This document shows positions 14,047 to 28,604 of a DNA stretch of 42,371 bases, in pieces. The stretch lies in NCBI GenBank assembly GCA_003693705.1, contig RBZT01000513.1, positions 1 to 42,371 on the forward strand. The letters run 5' to 3'. Each line of letters begins with the position of its first letter. Position 1 is the first letter of the stretch. Source of the DNA: Polymyxa betae A26-41 (taxonomy: Eukaryota > Protista > Endomyxa: Phytomyxea). The notes beneath the pieces are model-generated. The model made no database searches. It saw only the letters and a list, made by a program, of their open reading frames with translations, and was not told the DNA's origin. A program made the translations under genes and the position numbers.

Positions 14047-14290
14047 ATTCCTTTCATGGATACACGTTTAGAATTGTATTGCACGCTTACCCAGCACTTT
14101 TGGTACTATTCAACTTCTTTCCTACGTCTATGCCTGTCAGACCTTTGCTGTTTTTGCATTGGCATCTGTTTTATTAAACAACTGACGATGGCAATTTCGG
14201 TAGAGCACCGCACGCTGTTTCTGTGCATTTTCTTAAGCAGGGTTTTGTGGGACTAAAGGTGCGAGCTTTACTGGCTTTTCTCCATTTTCA

Positions 14291-17200
14291 ATGGAATCGT
14301 CAGCGAAGGCAGCGGGTACCGGCGACCCGCTTGCCCTCGCCATTCGTTTGACAAAGGCGCTGAGGCATGCTAGCCGTACGCCCGTGCTCGCCCGAGGCAT
14401 CCGGTGGTCATGGACGGTGCTGTCACGCGTGTCGGCTTCAATCGCCGAATTGCTGGCATTGCTGGATCGCCCAGATAAAGAATCCCTGCTGATGTGTCCG
14501 ACTTTTAGGTCACATATTGCCGGTTTTCACAGATTCGTCAGTGGAATTCGCTCTGCTGAACTCTGTGATGACGAATTCCTGGTAAATTTTGCTCTGCGCT
14601 TGGCGACATTTTATCGCCAACAAACTCAGAAGTAAACTAATTTTGTTGATATATATATTTGCTCCTTATCGAGCCTCATATTGTCTCAATTGCCCAACAC
14701 TGAAATTGAATCACAGACATCGCTTTGGCGTGACGTCACATTCCATGAAAACTCTTGACAGGATTACATCGGCGTGCTTTGAACTGGTTCTGGGGGCGAT
14801 GTCTCGTCATCCTGAAAATCTTGATTTATTTGTGAACTGCCGGGATGCCCTTTCGATTCTGTTAACAAACGACCCAGTTCCCGCAAAGTCCCTTTCGATG
14901 TCCCATTCTGCTATTCCGGATTTCTCATCTGGGATTCTAACAGAATCTTCGATGCAGCTTTCTTTGAATTGGGCGCCTGGGCAACGAACTTCGTCTTTCA
15001 CTGATATGGAAGGACTGACAGCATCGCCATCTTTACGCAACGATGATGTATACTCCCGACAAATGGTAATAGACAAAGACAATATATATCAAGATTCTGA
15101 TGACGGAACTGACGACGATGATAATGAAGAGATGGAAGATGCTGAACCCGAAACGTCTCTCATCGACGTATCAGAAACCTGTATAAAATTTCAGTTACGC
15201 CATCTTGGTTGCTCAAGGCTTCTGCAAATCTGCTCTGGCATAATTCGGCCTGAATTGAATTTATCGGTGCCTGACGTGATGAATCGTTTGTCAGTTGTTT
15301 CTGATACTGTCAAATTATTGCTGCTGGTTACCAACACGAAAACTGATGATATCATGAAACCAGCTTTGGAGTTACTCTCAAATGCTCTATCTGCCTTTGA
15401 TTTAATTCTCGCAGGTGCCAACAGCGATGACTTATTGAAATACGTACAAACTGGATCTGACTTCGCTGTTGTCGTCACTGGCCTTTTGAAACTTATTAAA
15501 TGCTGCTCATCGCCGCGATTTGCTTTACATCAACGCGTTCTAACGTCCACCCGCATTCTACGCTCGTTTATTTCGCCGCATGCTGCTGTTATTGACGATC
15601 TGATATCACTTACAGAGTTTCCGCAGCTGTCTGTCAAATACGACTCTCTACCATCGGGATCTGACAGCAAACCTTTACCATGGATTCTGTCTCTCACTGG
15701 TATCCCGCCCGTGCTTGGAGAATCTTCGATTATCTGCAATAGAATCCTCCTATCTATTGCCGCGTCCTCGAAGGTTTTTGCTTTTGCGACATACGATACA
15801 TTGTTGTTGCTCGTAGACCAAGCTGGTGGACGTGATTACCCGGTCAAAGGCGTAAAATTGGAGACCGACACTTTTGTACCAAATTTTTCCACCGAATCGT
15901 TACTCAAATCACTGCTTGGTGTCGATTCTAACACTCCAGACTCATCTGGTGAGAGCCTTCTCAATTATTTTGACATCCTATCGCTGCTGTCAGTGTTGAC
16001 CATCCATGCTTCAGAAGCGGATCTCGCTTATCTTGATATAATCTCTCTATTGCAAGTCTTCGTCAAGTTTTTATGCCTTCTGCTATCACGTCTACCTTCG
16101 GATGCGTCGGCATCTGTTTTCCAGAACTTTAGCCAGAAGACCATTGATCTTCTTTTCGGAATGTCTACGTTAATGACGCATCGTGAAGATATTCGTTCGG
16201 CAAACATTATGGAACTCGTATCTGCTTTGTCATCACGTCACGAACTGACGGATGACATGCGCTTCAATTTCATTAGAAGCTTGCTGAACAGCAATTCGGA
16301 ATGGGTTTATGACATCCCTTCCTATCCAATGCAGTTTATTTTTAGGATATCTTCTGATTCCGTCTCTGTTCGCTCGCAGGTTGTCAACCGTTTAATGAGA
16401 GCACTTTCAAACCGACTTGAGAAGTCTGGAAATAGAGTTATCGCCCTTATGTCTTCTGATACAGCCTGCATCTTTCTGCTGTCACTCTTCAGCGAACCTG
16501 CCGAGCGACAAGGAACGGTTTCGCAGTTGTTACACATGATTGTCCAAAAGACGAATTTGAGCTTCGCTTCTGTGATTAATCAGGTCGACTCAACCTGGAC
16601 ATCGCTTTTATTTCTGGCCAACCTTTCGGTACAGTATCTTCGTGCGACGGCCCTAAACCATTCGAAAATTGCATCCTGTTGTGCTTTTATCTCCAAAGCT
16701 CCAGAGCTTGACGTAGAAGGAATTGGCTCTTTACTCGCTTCCTTTATTACGATACCGATACCAGATCTGTCACATTGCCAAGGTATCGCCAACTGTGATA
16801 AATATTGCGACCGCTTGTTCCATTTGCTTCAAGACGCTTCTCAGAAAATCCAAACTGAATTGAAAGGCGATGGTTCTAGCCCGCTTTTGGAATATCGATG
16901 GCTATCGTTTCGTTTAATCGATTCCATGCTGGGGTTGTTGGCTTCTGGTTGTGATAGTTTCTCAGCACGCTACGAGAATATTGCTGAACAATCTACTCTG
17001 CTTGATTACTCCTCTCCGGTGACAGCCCATTTCATCCAACAATGCGCTTTCCGAATGCGACTGGGTGCCGAGAAACTGCTTCCTCCTGATCCTGCGATGT
17101 GGCTGCTAGATTCCTTAGATTCTGTCAGCCGACTTGCATCTCAAAATCCCGCAAGCATTCGCTGGTGGTGGATCCATTTAGGCGTTGATGTCACTATCAA

Positions 17201-20200
17201 CGCTCTATCGCATCACTTGCTTCATGATGACACGGAAGCACATCTCCCAGAAACGTTCACGGCAGTCCTCTTTCGCCTATTGACATCGTTCTCCAAGCTG
17301 CTGCGAACTTGTGTCAACGACTTGCGGAAAGCGCGTCAGGCATCACCTGGAGAAGAAGGCGAACTTGGCTCTGCGATTAACACATCGCTGGAATTTGGAA
17401 TTACGACAAAGGAACTATCTGAGCTCCCAAAAGAGTGCACCAGACCTCTGGCCATCCTGTCTTCAAAAGATTCCTGGTCTCCGTCTGTTGCAGTCTGGAC
17501 AGCGACCTCATATATTGCCCCATGGTGCTCAGCTTCGGACTCATTAGGCCTGTGGCAATTACGAAGACTCCAGGCAATTGTCCTCTCAATCATGAGCGCT
17601 TTAAGGCTAGTTCTGACCACATGGCCTGCGGTTTGCTTCCGCCAACGAACTGTTGCGTTTTCGACTTTGAAGAACTTGGTCGGTTCCAGAATCGAACCTC
17701 TCGGCCAGGCTTCGCAACTGCTAATGCTATTTCAGACCGATGTCTGCGAGACTGATATTCGGGCTCAGGAATCATCCGTACGGCTGTCACATGTGCATTC
17801 AATCCTCCACGACGTCTCGTCGAATCTGATGTCGGACTCCATCTCTGACAGGCTCTCTCGTCTTGCCGTCGATTGCGTTGCTTATCTTCGCAAGCAGCCA
17901 CGCGTTGCTCTGACATCGTTTTATATGAACGATAGCGAAGAATATGCTTTCACAGACATTGTTGTTTTATTTCTTCGTGGCGACCCATCCGTTTCTCATG
18001 AGGCATTGCGGCTGATATTGATTCTGACTGAGCAAGCCTCTCAGTCATCTATCTCGAACAAATTTCGAAGCGCGTTTCTCAATTTCAGCGGAAACAACAA
18101 TGCTGTTGCCGCATTAGTACAAGCACCGACGTTCTCCAACAAAGTCTCCGCTACCAAGCAACGCATTCGAGAGCAGTGCTGGACCTTGCTGCGCCGTTTC
18201 CTAGCCTGCCATGACGAAGATCCAGGCCGCTTTTTATTCTGCTCGGAGACTGCCAAAATATCGTCCAGTCTTGTAGAGAGTCTTCTTGTTGAAGGCGTTT
18301 CGTCAAGCGCGATGTATTCTGCGGTCTCTATAATGTGTCGCAGCTCCACTCCTGAAACATCCCTTACTGTTTTGTCGCGTTTGCTTCCTATTGCTTGCAA
18401 CCGCTCAGCTATTTGTGCACTGGACGCTCTCGACGAGACCTTAGAATTCAGCTGCAGCGTTCCTCATACTCCAGCTTTATCTGACGAATCTGCGTGCTTC
18501 CAGCTGTCGTTTCCGTCGCAATGTGCCGGTATTTTACCCGAATCAGGCGCTTGTTACTTGTACTATCAGCCGGATTCTTCGCCGATTGAGCTTTGCTCTT
18601 TTTGCGTTCGCCATTGCTATGCTTCTAAAGTTGCCGACGTCGCTTATTTCAGCCCGAATTCACCACAATTATCCAGAAAGCAATGTCTTTGCAAGCAAAA
18701 ACACGAGGCGTCGTCATATCCTCATTCTCATCGTTTGCCGTTCATCAAAGATCTTTCAGTTATATCCACTCTAACATCGTCTTTGGAGCAATTCATTTCC
18801 TCGAGAATCGACTTAATCGGGGTTCCAACGTCGCGTCCCTGCGCCCTCAAATTGCTGCAAATAAGCTCTTATTTATTGCCAGGGTCTCTTGCTACACCGT
18901 CATCAGGGCAGCAAGTGCAACCTATCATCCCTCCAGCTGACTCGGTATCATCTGTCATTCTGGTCGTAATTGCTGTCTCATGATGCTTTGTTAGGCGGAG
19001 ACGACAGCGATTTATCGGCAGTCGGTACCGACTCCAGCCTCGTTTGCCGTAATCGGGCAGGCGGATCCTCTTCTTGTTATCGTCGAGAATTGCTGCATAA
19101 ATGTTTATCAAAATTGGAAGCCGAACACCTCCGGACAGGTGAAGCTATGCTCTTCCACGGCTATCCCTTTCAGAATATTAGGTTTGCTTGACATTGTCAG
19201 CTGTTCGTCCGCCGATAACCTTTGGTAGGAGTTTACTCCCAGGGTGGCTTGGTGTTTGTGCATGGAGCTCGCGATGCTCATGTGCTCAAATTCGACAACG
19301 CCGGCAAACGCGTTAAACGCATTCGCCCAGATTTAATACTTGAAGTTCTCGAGGCCGCCGCCCAGTCCAGCGTCTGTATTTTATCAGCAAAATGGTTCAC
19401 TGAAGTCCCTCGATTGCTTGTTGTAACCAATGCAGGGGCACTAGTATTCGATTTTTCGAACGATAACAGCACTACAGCTAACCCCATCTATACATCTATG
19501 TGCGAGCCCAATACTCGTGTCAAAGACGCTACTATCTGGAAAAATCGCCATGTTTACGGTGTCAGCGACTCGGGGTCAATTTTGGTTGACGACATTATTG
19601 ATGGCATGGGTCAACTTCACGATGCTGGCCTCACTCCGCCGGTATCTGGTGCATCTGAAAAGGACCGAGTTTTCCCCGCTCAATCTCACTCTGGCCCTGG
19701 GGTCTCCATACATATGTCAAACACGACTCGAAAACTCGTTGTCACATGGTCGCTCTCGGGAACGCGATTGTTTAACGTTGATCAGGATGGCAACATAACG
19801 ACACCTGTGATCTTACACACCCCATCTCAAGCCGTTACTAATGATATCAGGATGTGGATAGACGTCGCAGGCGCGCATAATCTAATCATCGGAATTGCTC
19901 CCGAATGTACGCGAGTCGTTGCCTTAAAAGTAATCCACCTCGTTACGAAGCGCTTTCCATTATGGATGGCTAATGTTCGACAGGTTTCTGATGGCCCCGC
20001 TGAGGCTTGGTCTCGATCAATACAGTTGGCCGATCGGGGACGACGCTGTCTAGGTGCAGTTGATATCTCCCCGAATATCAAGACCGCCTCTGTTCTGTTT
20101 CAACAAGAGAATGGATCGTATAGCCTGCTGTCATCAGAGACGGACATTGCCGAGCCTGAACTCGTTAGTGTTCCATGCTTCCAATCGTTTCTTGATGCAC

Positions 20201-22363
20201 CCGATCCATCTTCATCAAGGTTCGTCGCTATCTTGTAGTCAGCGTATTTTAGTTGTCCAAACCAAATATTTAGAACGACTGGCTCTGGGGGTGGAGAATG
20301 TGTTGCCTGGACATATCGCGATGTGACAATTTTCGAGCGCTCAAAATGCGTTTCGTCTGTGCCAATTCAGGGCTCCGCTTCATCTAAGGATTTCGTTCGT
20401 GATATTGCCAAAAGCACTAGTGGCATGGCGTCGGAGGACCCCAAGTCGTTCTCGATCGCCATTGAGCCAGATATTACGCCTGGTCACTGCGTTGTTGCCA
20501 TTCGTGTATTGGTGGACCGATCTCCCGCCTCCCAATCTATCAAGATTACCCTTCCGGCTTTAAAACGTTCAATTGATATTTCAGTAGCTTCTGGTTCTCC
20601 AAAACGCTACTATGACATTGTCCTGTCTAGGTAAGCTTATATTCGCATGGTCGCATGACGACAATGTTAATCGTTTCAGATTTGAATCGGCTCAGATTAC
20701 ATCGCTGCGAGATCGAGTTGAAGTTAGATGCCAGTCTGAGACTTCTCCTATTACTGCATTGTCAGCAATCGAGGTCTATTCTATGCCACGCTCTTTGTTC
20801 TTTCAGTCAACTTCGGTGGCTTCTCTCTGCAGTCAGCATCAGCATTGGCCGTATGTTCAAACTAACTCGACCTGTAATCGTTGTTGAGTTCCTTTGTAGA
20901 TGGCCTTTGTCATCCCAACCTGAGTCGATCGCAGATTTTCCAAACGAAACTTTGTTGGCGTCTGGGCTTCGATTATGCCTGACTGTATGTTACCTAAGCA
21001 ATGGAACTTGGAATAGCATGAAGCCCATTATTTCACGTGTTTTAAGTGTCACTGGAAAGCCTTGCTTCAACAGATTGGACTCGCTCTTCCATTTGTTACT
21101 AATGGAGGTCAGTATCATGTTTCTCATCAAATCAAGGTACTAAAAAGCTTTAGGTCGTTCCGCATCTTGAACCGCCGCAATTTCCGGAAGTAGCGAATTG
21201 TCTACACTTATGTGGCTGCTCTGGTCTCAGGATGCTACTTTCCTGGCGACATCTCCATGCTCAGGTAAAGCCATTTTATCACCAAAAAATTACAAACTAA
21301 GTTAAAAAAAATTGCCAGAGTGACTTTCCGTCAATTAATGCAGGAAGGCAGCTGATGGAAGCGATAGATGATTCGTTGGCAGCTCTTGGCAAATCAACTG
21401 CAGCTAAATTTGGTACATTCCTTTGCAGCTGTCCTACGTTCTTCCGAGATCTAATCGATGTTGCCTCGAAAATGGTTCTCGCCTTGGATGTTCGTTCGCG
21501 TTTCTTGGCATTTCATGTTTCTCATATGGTTTAGGCTTGTCACGTATATCATTTCCCGGCTCTCTTATCAAGCTTATTCGAGTTCATATGTGAAGCTAGT
21601 CTTGCGATTGCTCAAGGCGATGCTCCAGAAGAAGCCCGGCTTGATCTGATGCAGTATCCGATGAACTTCATGGCGGCATGCATCTCTTGTGATTTCGCTG
21701 CCGTTCGAGATGCTGCACAGGCGCGTCTGTTGGCGTCCTTTGCCTCACAGGAACAGCAGACTGCTTTGAAAGCTTCGAAAACGTTGCTGGTACGTATTCT
21801 TCTGCTTTCTCTCCGGAAGATGTGCTGAAGTCAGAACTAGCAGGAATCTTCGGCTTCACCTAAGCCCAATACCGAATCGGTCGTGTCGCTGTCATCAGAC
21901 AATGACGGATCAGCTGCTGACCATCAGCAGCAGCAGCAGCCGCAACATCAACAACAGCGGATGACAACTATCTTCAATAGCGCTGTTCGTTCTGTTCCAG
22001 GTAGATGAATGTTATAGTTGAAAGTAGTGCTTTTTTCGTCATCTCATCTAAAGTTTTCGGTTACTGGTAAAGTCCTGCATAATGAAAATCTTTTTATCAG
22101 GAACCAGATATCGCTGCGACTTATGTGATACATGTCCTATCATCGGACCTCGTTATCACTGTGCTCATCCCGATTGCGTTGATTTCGATTTATGTGCTGC
22201 ATGCTATGGAGCCGGAGATTTCGTCGGATCCACGCATCGGACGACGCACGACGTGATGATGATCCCTGACAATTCGATATCCCAGAGGCAGCCTCACATT
22301 TCCATTTCTGGGCCTTCAGGAGCCAATGTTCGTTTAGCTCGCAGGCGGAGCTCTCAACATTAA
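14291..22363 (+). CDS. UBR4: UBR4/BIG (p600/pushover)-like protein, N-terminal half: helical repeats, degenerate UBR box, beta-propeller, beta-sandwich, ZZ zinc finger
   Basis: Long helical ORF 14589-18983 containing Cys cluster CY..ELCSFCVRHCY..QCLC (degenerate UBR box). ILSAKWF..LLVVTN...VFDFS resembles the UBR4/BIG propeller. VVAIRVLV...KRYYDI resembles the following beta-sandwich. ZZ finger YRCDLCDTCPIIGPRYHC..CVDFDLCAACY at ~22110-22205. Domain order matches plant BIG. Recognised by eye, no search run. Confidence 0.65.
21925..21939 (+). repeat. (CAG)5 microsatellite within a Gln-rich linker of the UBR4-like gene
   Basis: catCAGCAGCAGCAGCAGccgcaacatcaacaacag. Confidence 0.8.
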
Positions 22364-22736
22364 TTTATCCCTGTTAATATATTCACGCGAAAATTTAATC
22401 GCTTAGACATTTGCTGTAACTTCAAAAAATAATTGAGCGCCGACTATTTATGCTGATGCATCTTCCAGCTGCATCTCGCCTGTCCTGTTGAATCCAACGG
22501 TCCTAAGTATGCAGTATATCAGTCCTCCGGGTCAGGCATGTGCTCCATCAGTCTAATGCCGGAAAGAAACACGACAGGAACCCTCTTGAAAGTATGAAGC
22601 AAGCGGCGCAGCCGTCATGATGGCCGCGCTGCCTTTCGATTTCGTTTCCTTCGAAAATCTGCCATTTCCCTTTTAAATTGGCAGACATCCATTGGAGCCC
22701 AGCTGAGTTTGCGGGCGTCCAGGATAAATTGAGGCG

Positions 22737-25700
22737 ATGTCTGGTGATATACAGTGGCATTAAATCGGAGCTGGATCTCTGAATCTGTAATAGACGACCC
22801 GTTCAAACTCGACGATATCCGATTCTCGTCGGACGAAGATGATGAGGTTGCTAGATATCTGAGTGATGTTCCTGGTTAAATATATTAACAGGGCGATAAG
22901 ACTATCGCTACCGATTGCAGCGCGGCATCGTTGTTGGCAGCGTTCAAATCACGTCAGGCTCATTTGAAGCAACAAGAGAAGTACTTTGCATATCTCGCGG
23001 AGTCTCATATCTAAAACGATGTTAGACCTCTTCCTGCGATATCAATTCCCGATGGTCGACCCGAGAATGATTTTGATAACGATTCCGTCGTCGAATTCGA
23101 CAACAATAGCTATGGTAGAATTATCGATGCCTGTTTTGCACAACTTATGTTAATATTTAGAAAACGAGACCTTCGAAGATCTTAACGACCTCTCAGCGAA
23201 TGGAGGATCAGATCGCCCGAAACCGAAAGAATCAGGGCCTGATCCGACACCTGCCATTATTCCAAATATATCACCTTTCGAAGATGTCGCTATTCGGCGC
23301 CCGAGGTCGCTTCTCGAAACGATATCGCAACTACGGTCGAGGTCGAACAGTTCAAAGACTCTGCTATCACCAGATTCATCACCTAATCGGGACGATCCAA
23401 GCCCGACCCCAAACGAGCACCCTTTTGCGAATCTGAGCTTGTATGAAGGTCGACGACTGGACGCCAAAACTGACTATACTGGCGCGTTTAAGTTTTCAAA
23501 CCCAAACCACGATTCCAGTAAGAACAATATGTGTCTGTTGTTGCTTCCGGTAAATATCGAGGCTAGGCTTGAATGCTGTCGAGCCGGCCCAATTCAATTC
23601 CAACAATGCGATAAATTCTGCAACATCCAATTCAGCCGGTACAGTTTTTCGTCGCGTCTGTTTACTTATGTAACGATGTTCAAGGCGCTTCCATTTTCAA
23701 TGATGTAATCGAAGTCAGAAAATGTGATGGAACTGCCAGCAACAGCAATTCATCAAACAAAGAGAAATCTTCCGCTCACGCCTTTGACGGCAATCTCTCA
23801 CCATCTGTTTTGGGTAATGAGGTTCTTGTTTTTGGCAGCCCTCCTTTCTGATGTTGAATAAAGACGCCAATCAAGCCAAGCTTGTTGCAGGGAACTCGCG
23901 AATTGATGAACGATATCCTGAATCTGTTTCACGCCAGATCTCCAATCCAGTCTTGACACTCTCAGTCGAGGATACGCCACCATTGCAATCTTCTTCCAAG
24001 GAGGATATATTGTCGGATTCATCGCTGGATCATCAGCTCGATCATGAGTCAAAGATCACATCCAATATGGCTCGTGATGCCCCCTCAACGGACACCGCAA
24101 TGCAGTACGCTGATAGGAATGTTACTGACAGCAGAGACAATGGTTATTATCGCGACAATACTGTGACCAGGACCGACCAAAATCCCGATTCGCGCCGATC
24201 GGAAAGCGTTTCCCCGACTCGCTCAGTTGCAACCATCTGTGATTCGAATGCTGATCTCGATATGCGAACGAACAGCTTTACAGAACGCCCTACTAAATCG
24301 GTAGGTCGTTTTTCCCCATGGGAACATTCGCAAAGTTTTTATTCCGTCTCAATTGAACGTTCGATGGTGATTCAAGGTTTTGGAGGACGAACCTGTCGCT
24401 TGCTCGTCGCCGAAGAGGAAGCCGAAAAAGAGCGCGCTGCGTCACATCAAGCGCAAAGTCGATATCGGCAAGCGACGTCGTCATCATCATGGCGACGTAT
24501 CGGCGGTGACATCCGGCAGAACTGAATCCGTCGAACGGAAGAGAATCGAACAGATACAGATTGAGCAAGAGGTGATTGCCCTCGGATTGTTATCCAAAGC
24601 CCGACACCTGATATGATTATATGAAGGAACGATTGAAAGAATTGGAGCGCGATAAATTCTTATTGGAGTCGCAAGTAAACCAGCTGTCTGTGAGCGTGAG
24701 CGGATCATTCCGGGAGCGCCTTGCAGCTGGCGCCCCTCTCCCTACCAATGTCAATGAATCCGAGCTCGAAAGTCGGCAGAAGCCTATGCCAGTTATCTTA
24801 ATTCAGCGTATTTAACAGGAATCAAAAAGGAGATGCAGACAATGGAGAAGATTATCGAGGCTCTCAATGAGGAAAATGCGAAATTGTACGCATCGCTACG
24901 GGGCGAACAGATCTCCATGAAAGGAACAGCGCAGCAGATGCTAGCGCGGAACAAGTTGCTGCACTCGGAGCTCGAATTGGCAAGAACCGAGGTACGTTAC
25001 GACCTTAATTCGATTTGTTGCGATTTCACGCGAATCCCAATTGAAGTAAACTTCAATTTAGATTCAAGAGCTGCGAGCGGCGAAGTTAACGACAGCAGAT
25101 GAGGGCGCCCAAGAAGAGATTCGGCGCCTGAAACATACGATCGTGCAGCAGCGTAACGATTCCGAAGCGAAGATACGCTCTGCTCAGTCGCAAATCGACT
25201 CGCTTCGCCGCACCAATGAGGAACTGGAATACCGCCTGTCTATTGTCAATTACGAGCCAGTGTCACCTAGAAGACAGCGACCGGGAACCCCTGTAAATTC
25301 TAAGGTCAGTGTTGCTCCGACTGACGTTTAGATATGGCTGCGACCGCTAACGCGAATTGCAGGCTGCTGTAGATAAAAATGAGAAAGAAATCGCCGAACT
25401 TCGCGAGGTAATTCGAGAGTATACCTTAAGTTTTTACGTTCATCCCCGTATTCCACCAAAGTTTATTGGGTTTGTTATAGTTTAAAATTCTGATTTACTG
25501 GCGCAGAAACTTCAATGGTACATCGAGAATCAGAAGATGATTGATGATCTTGAAGAAACGATCAAGCAGAAAGACGAATCGAACCGAACTCTACAGCATC
25601 GCGTTAATCTGCTCTACGCCGAAACAAAGCCCGGCAAAAGGAATTCTGGCAACGCGGCGCCCAGTAACGACGCCAAACGAATCCGCGAACTTGAAAATGA

Positions 25701-27029
25701 AATCGCGCTGCTGAAAAATCAGCAACCGCACAAACGCGCCGTTTCTGCTCTGGTGAAGGCCGCTAACCGTCCCGGTATGTTCAGCTTACACAATCGGTAA
25801 TAATAGCCGATGGTAATTGCTGTTTTTCAGACCAGCGCACTGTCGAACAATTGCAGAAAGCAGTCGAGGAGTTACAGCAAGAGCTAGCAACGAAGGACGC
25901 CGATTATATGGCTCGCATGCGAAGCCTGCGCCAAGAATGTGACAAGATACGGATCCAGTACGACGAACGTCTGGCTCAACTGCAGGCCGATAAGCGCGAG
26001 CAATCTCGACCGCATGAACGCATTCGCGAGCTCGAAGAGCAGATCGAGGACATGCGAGAGACGTACAGGCGGAAAGGCCATAGTTTCAAGCGGGATACGA
26101 TGAATAGTTCGGCTCAGACCGAAAACGTTCGTGAGGAACGCGATGAAGACGACTACAGGAGTGACAGCGAATCGAGGCAGCTTTGGCAGAAACTTAAGGT
26201 GTTTGTGACTCATGTGGAAGGTATCCTTTTAATGTCGCTCTACAGAGGGTTGAAGACCAGAATCAGCGCTATCGCAATCGTATCGAGGAATTAGAAGCAG
26301 AGCTTTCAAAACGGTCATCTCGGCCAGAGGCCAATTTCGATTCTGTGGTCAGGCGCCAATTCACTTTGTTGATGCATCGTAACATAATGTATCACAGATA
26401 GCTGCCATGAATGAAGCGCATGCAGCCCAGATCAACGCACTGCATAGCGAAATTCGCCATCTGAGCGAATCGCTTAGGAAAAATCCCGAGATGATTCTCG
26501 ATCGGACAGCGACTTCTCATGTATACTATCCCAAATCTCGCTCAATCACAAACTGATTGTTATCGCAGCTGGTGGCGTCGCTACAGTCACAACTTGATGT
26601 AGCCAATCGTGAGAACATTTCGTTGAAAGAAAAACTGATCGAAACACAGTACGAGCTCTCGAGGTTCGTCTCCCAATTGTCTCATTTTGAAACTACAACA
26701 GTCTTTCAATAGGCTGAGATCGATGCCGACGCATGTGCAGATTAACGCGTTAGAAATGAAGCTGAACGAAATCGAGAGCCGTCATGCGGCACGGGAGGCG
26801 AACCTTCGCGCAGCATTCCAGAGTCTGGAAAAGCAATCCGAATCGCGATCGAATCAGTCAACGGCGAGATATGAGGTCCAAACCACTGTTCAGCGGTGTG
26901 TTTATTTTTTGAAAGCTTAATCAGGCAATGGTTCGTGAGAAAAACGCCCAGATCAACCAGTTCAAGACCGAGCTGGACTCAATGCTAAGTGAACTAACTC
27001 GATTACAGAGGAGGAATAACATCCTATGA
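22737..27029 (+). CDS. CEP162: Centrosomal protein of 162 kDa-like coiled-coil protein, many exons
   Basis: Acidic, disordered N-terminus then coiled coils with CEP162-like motifs LQWYIENQKMID, DAKRIRELENEI, SALVKAA, MRSLRQE, and C-terminal KNAQINQFKTELDSML; stop TGA 27027-27029. Start ATG 22737 inferred from splice-compatible MS|DDPFKLDD. Confidence 0.8.
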
Positions 27030-27373
27030 CCTTAATTGTATTTATCGAACCATTTGTGAATACATCCATCAAGTCGTTCTGGAATCTTCTGCAGGGGTCT
27101 TGGGTCGAACATTTCCAGCCGTGGTGCGGGCGCGGCCCACCCACCGGCAGCGACTTGGGACTTGGGGGCGCAACCAGGCCCTGGGGGCTGCGTTTCTGCA
27201 CAAGTCGGACCACTTTACGTGTTTACGTGTCAGCACGCTGGTCGGGAGAGAACTTTGTCTTACCGTGGACAGTCGCCTTCGTCGCCTTCCGATATCATCT
27301 CGCTATCAGGTTAGTGTCAGGCAACTGGCCATCGGCGCCGTCATCGCTGGTGCTCAGCCTGCTCACAGGAACC

Positions 27374-28385
27374 ATGGTCTCCTGCTTTAGTATCAAAGAG
27401 TTCGGCAATCTGAACCGGGACCAGCTCAAGTCCATGGCCCGGACAGCAGAATCCGCCGAGCGATATGACGGTCGGTCTGGGCATTGTTCGCCCGCCATCA
27501 TCTTCAATTCTGGTTCCAGATATGTGCAAATTTATGAAGGATTTGGTATCGAAGGTCGGCGACCAGGAGCTGACTGTTGAAGAGAGAAATCTGCTATCAG
27601 TCGCCTATAAAAACGTGATCGGCGCCCGCCGGGCCTCTTGGCGTACTGTGAACTCAGAGGAGCACAAATCGTCGGTACGCGCGTCATCTCCGACGCCGTC
27701 GCCACTTTGTCGCTGACGACTTGATGCTTCAGGAACTAATCGCGAAATACAAAGCCAATGTCGAAGCCGAACTCAGGGATATTTGTATTGAAGTCTTAAA
27801 ACTGTTGCAAGACACCATGGTCCCCAACTCGAAGAAATCAGGTACGACCCAGGTTGGGTTATACTGGCCGAGGCAGCGGTTCTGACTGGGCTCTGTTATA
27901 GGCGATACCGAATCGCAGGTGTTTTACCTGAAAATGGCTGGCGATTACTATCGTTATCTGGCCGAATTTCAGGCCACTGGTGAGAACTCCAATAAGGCCA
28001 AGGAGAATTATGATGACGCTTTCAGCATTGCAACCGACGATGCCTCGGGCAGAGCTCTGCCTCCAACTCATCCTATCCGTCTAGGTACTGTTGCTATTCA
28101 GAATTTCTCAACTTTTTTTGAATGTCTGATTAACCTATAGGATTGGCGCTAAATTATTCGGTCTGCTACTACGAAATTTTGAAAGAGCCGAACAAAGCCT
28201 GCGAACTGGCCAAGACGGCATTCGATGATGCCATTGCGAAGCTCGACACGCTGGACGATGCGTCGTACAAAGATTCGACGCTGATCATGCAGTTGCTTCG
28301 CGACAATTTGACATTATGGACTCAGGATAACCTAGAGGATCAAAGCGGTTCCAACAACAACGCCGTCGAAGACGTGGAGCATTAA
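27374..28385 (+). CDS. 14-3-3 protein, 5 exons
   Basis: AE.AERYD; [25 protein letters not shown]; [16 protein letters not shown]; [23 protein letters not shown]; AFDDAIA; [19 protein letters not shown]. First intron 27471-27519. Confidence 0.98.
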
Positions 28386-28604
28386 ATCGGGCCATGCATA
28401 ATATCCTCCATCGATGCTTTTTGTTGTGCCCGGTGCTTTTCTCTGAACTGTCACTGTATGTTATAGAATCGTAATCCCATTCCTGAATCACCTTATAAAC
28501 GAATGAGAAGCTTAACCGAATCATCTAATCTTGCAATCATAATTTCGTTTTCTTATTGGGAGGAATGAACTGAAATCTAGTTAACGGTGGCCATAGAGAT
28601 ACAG

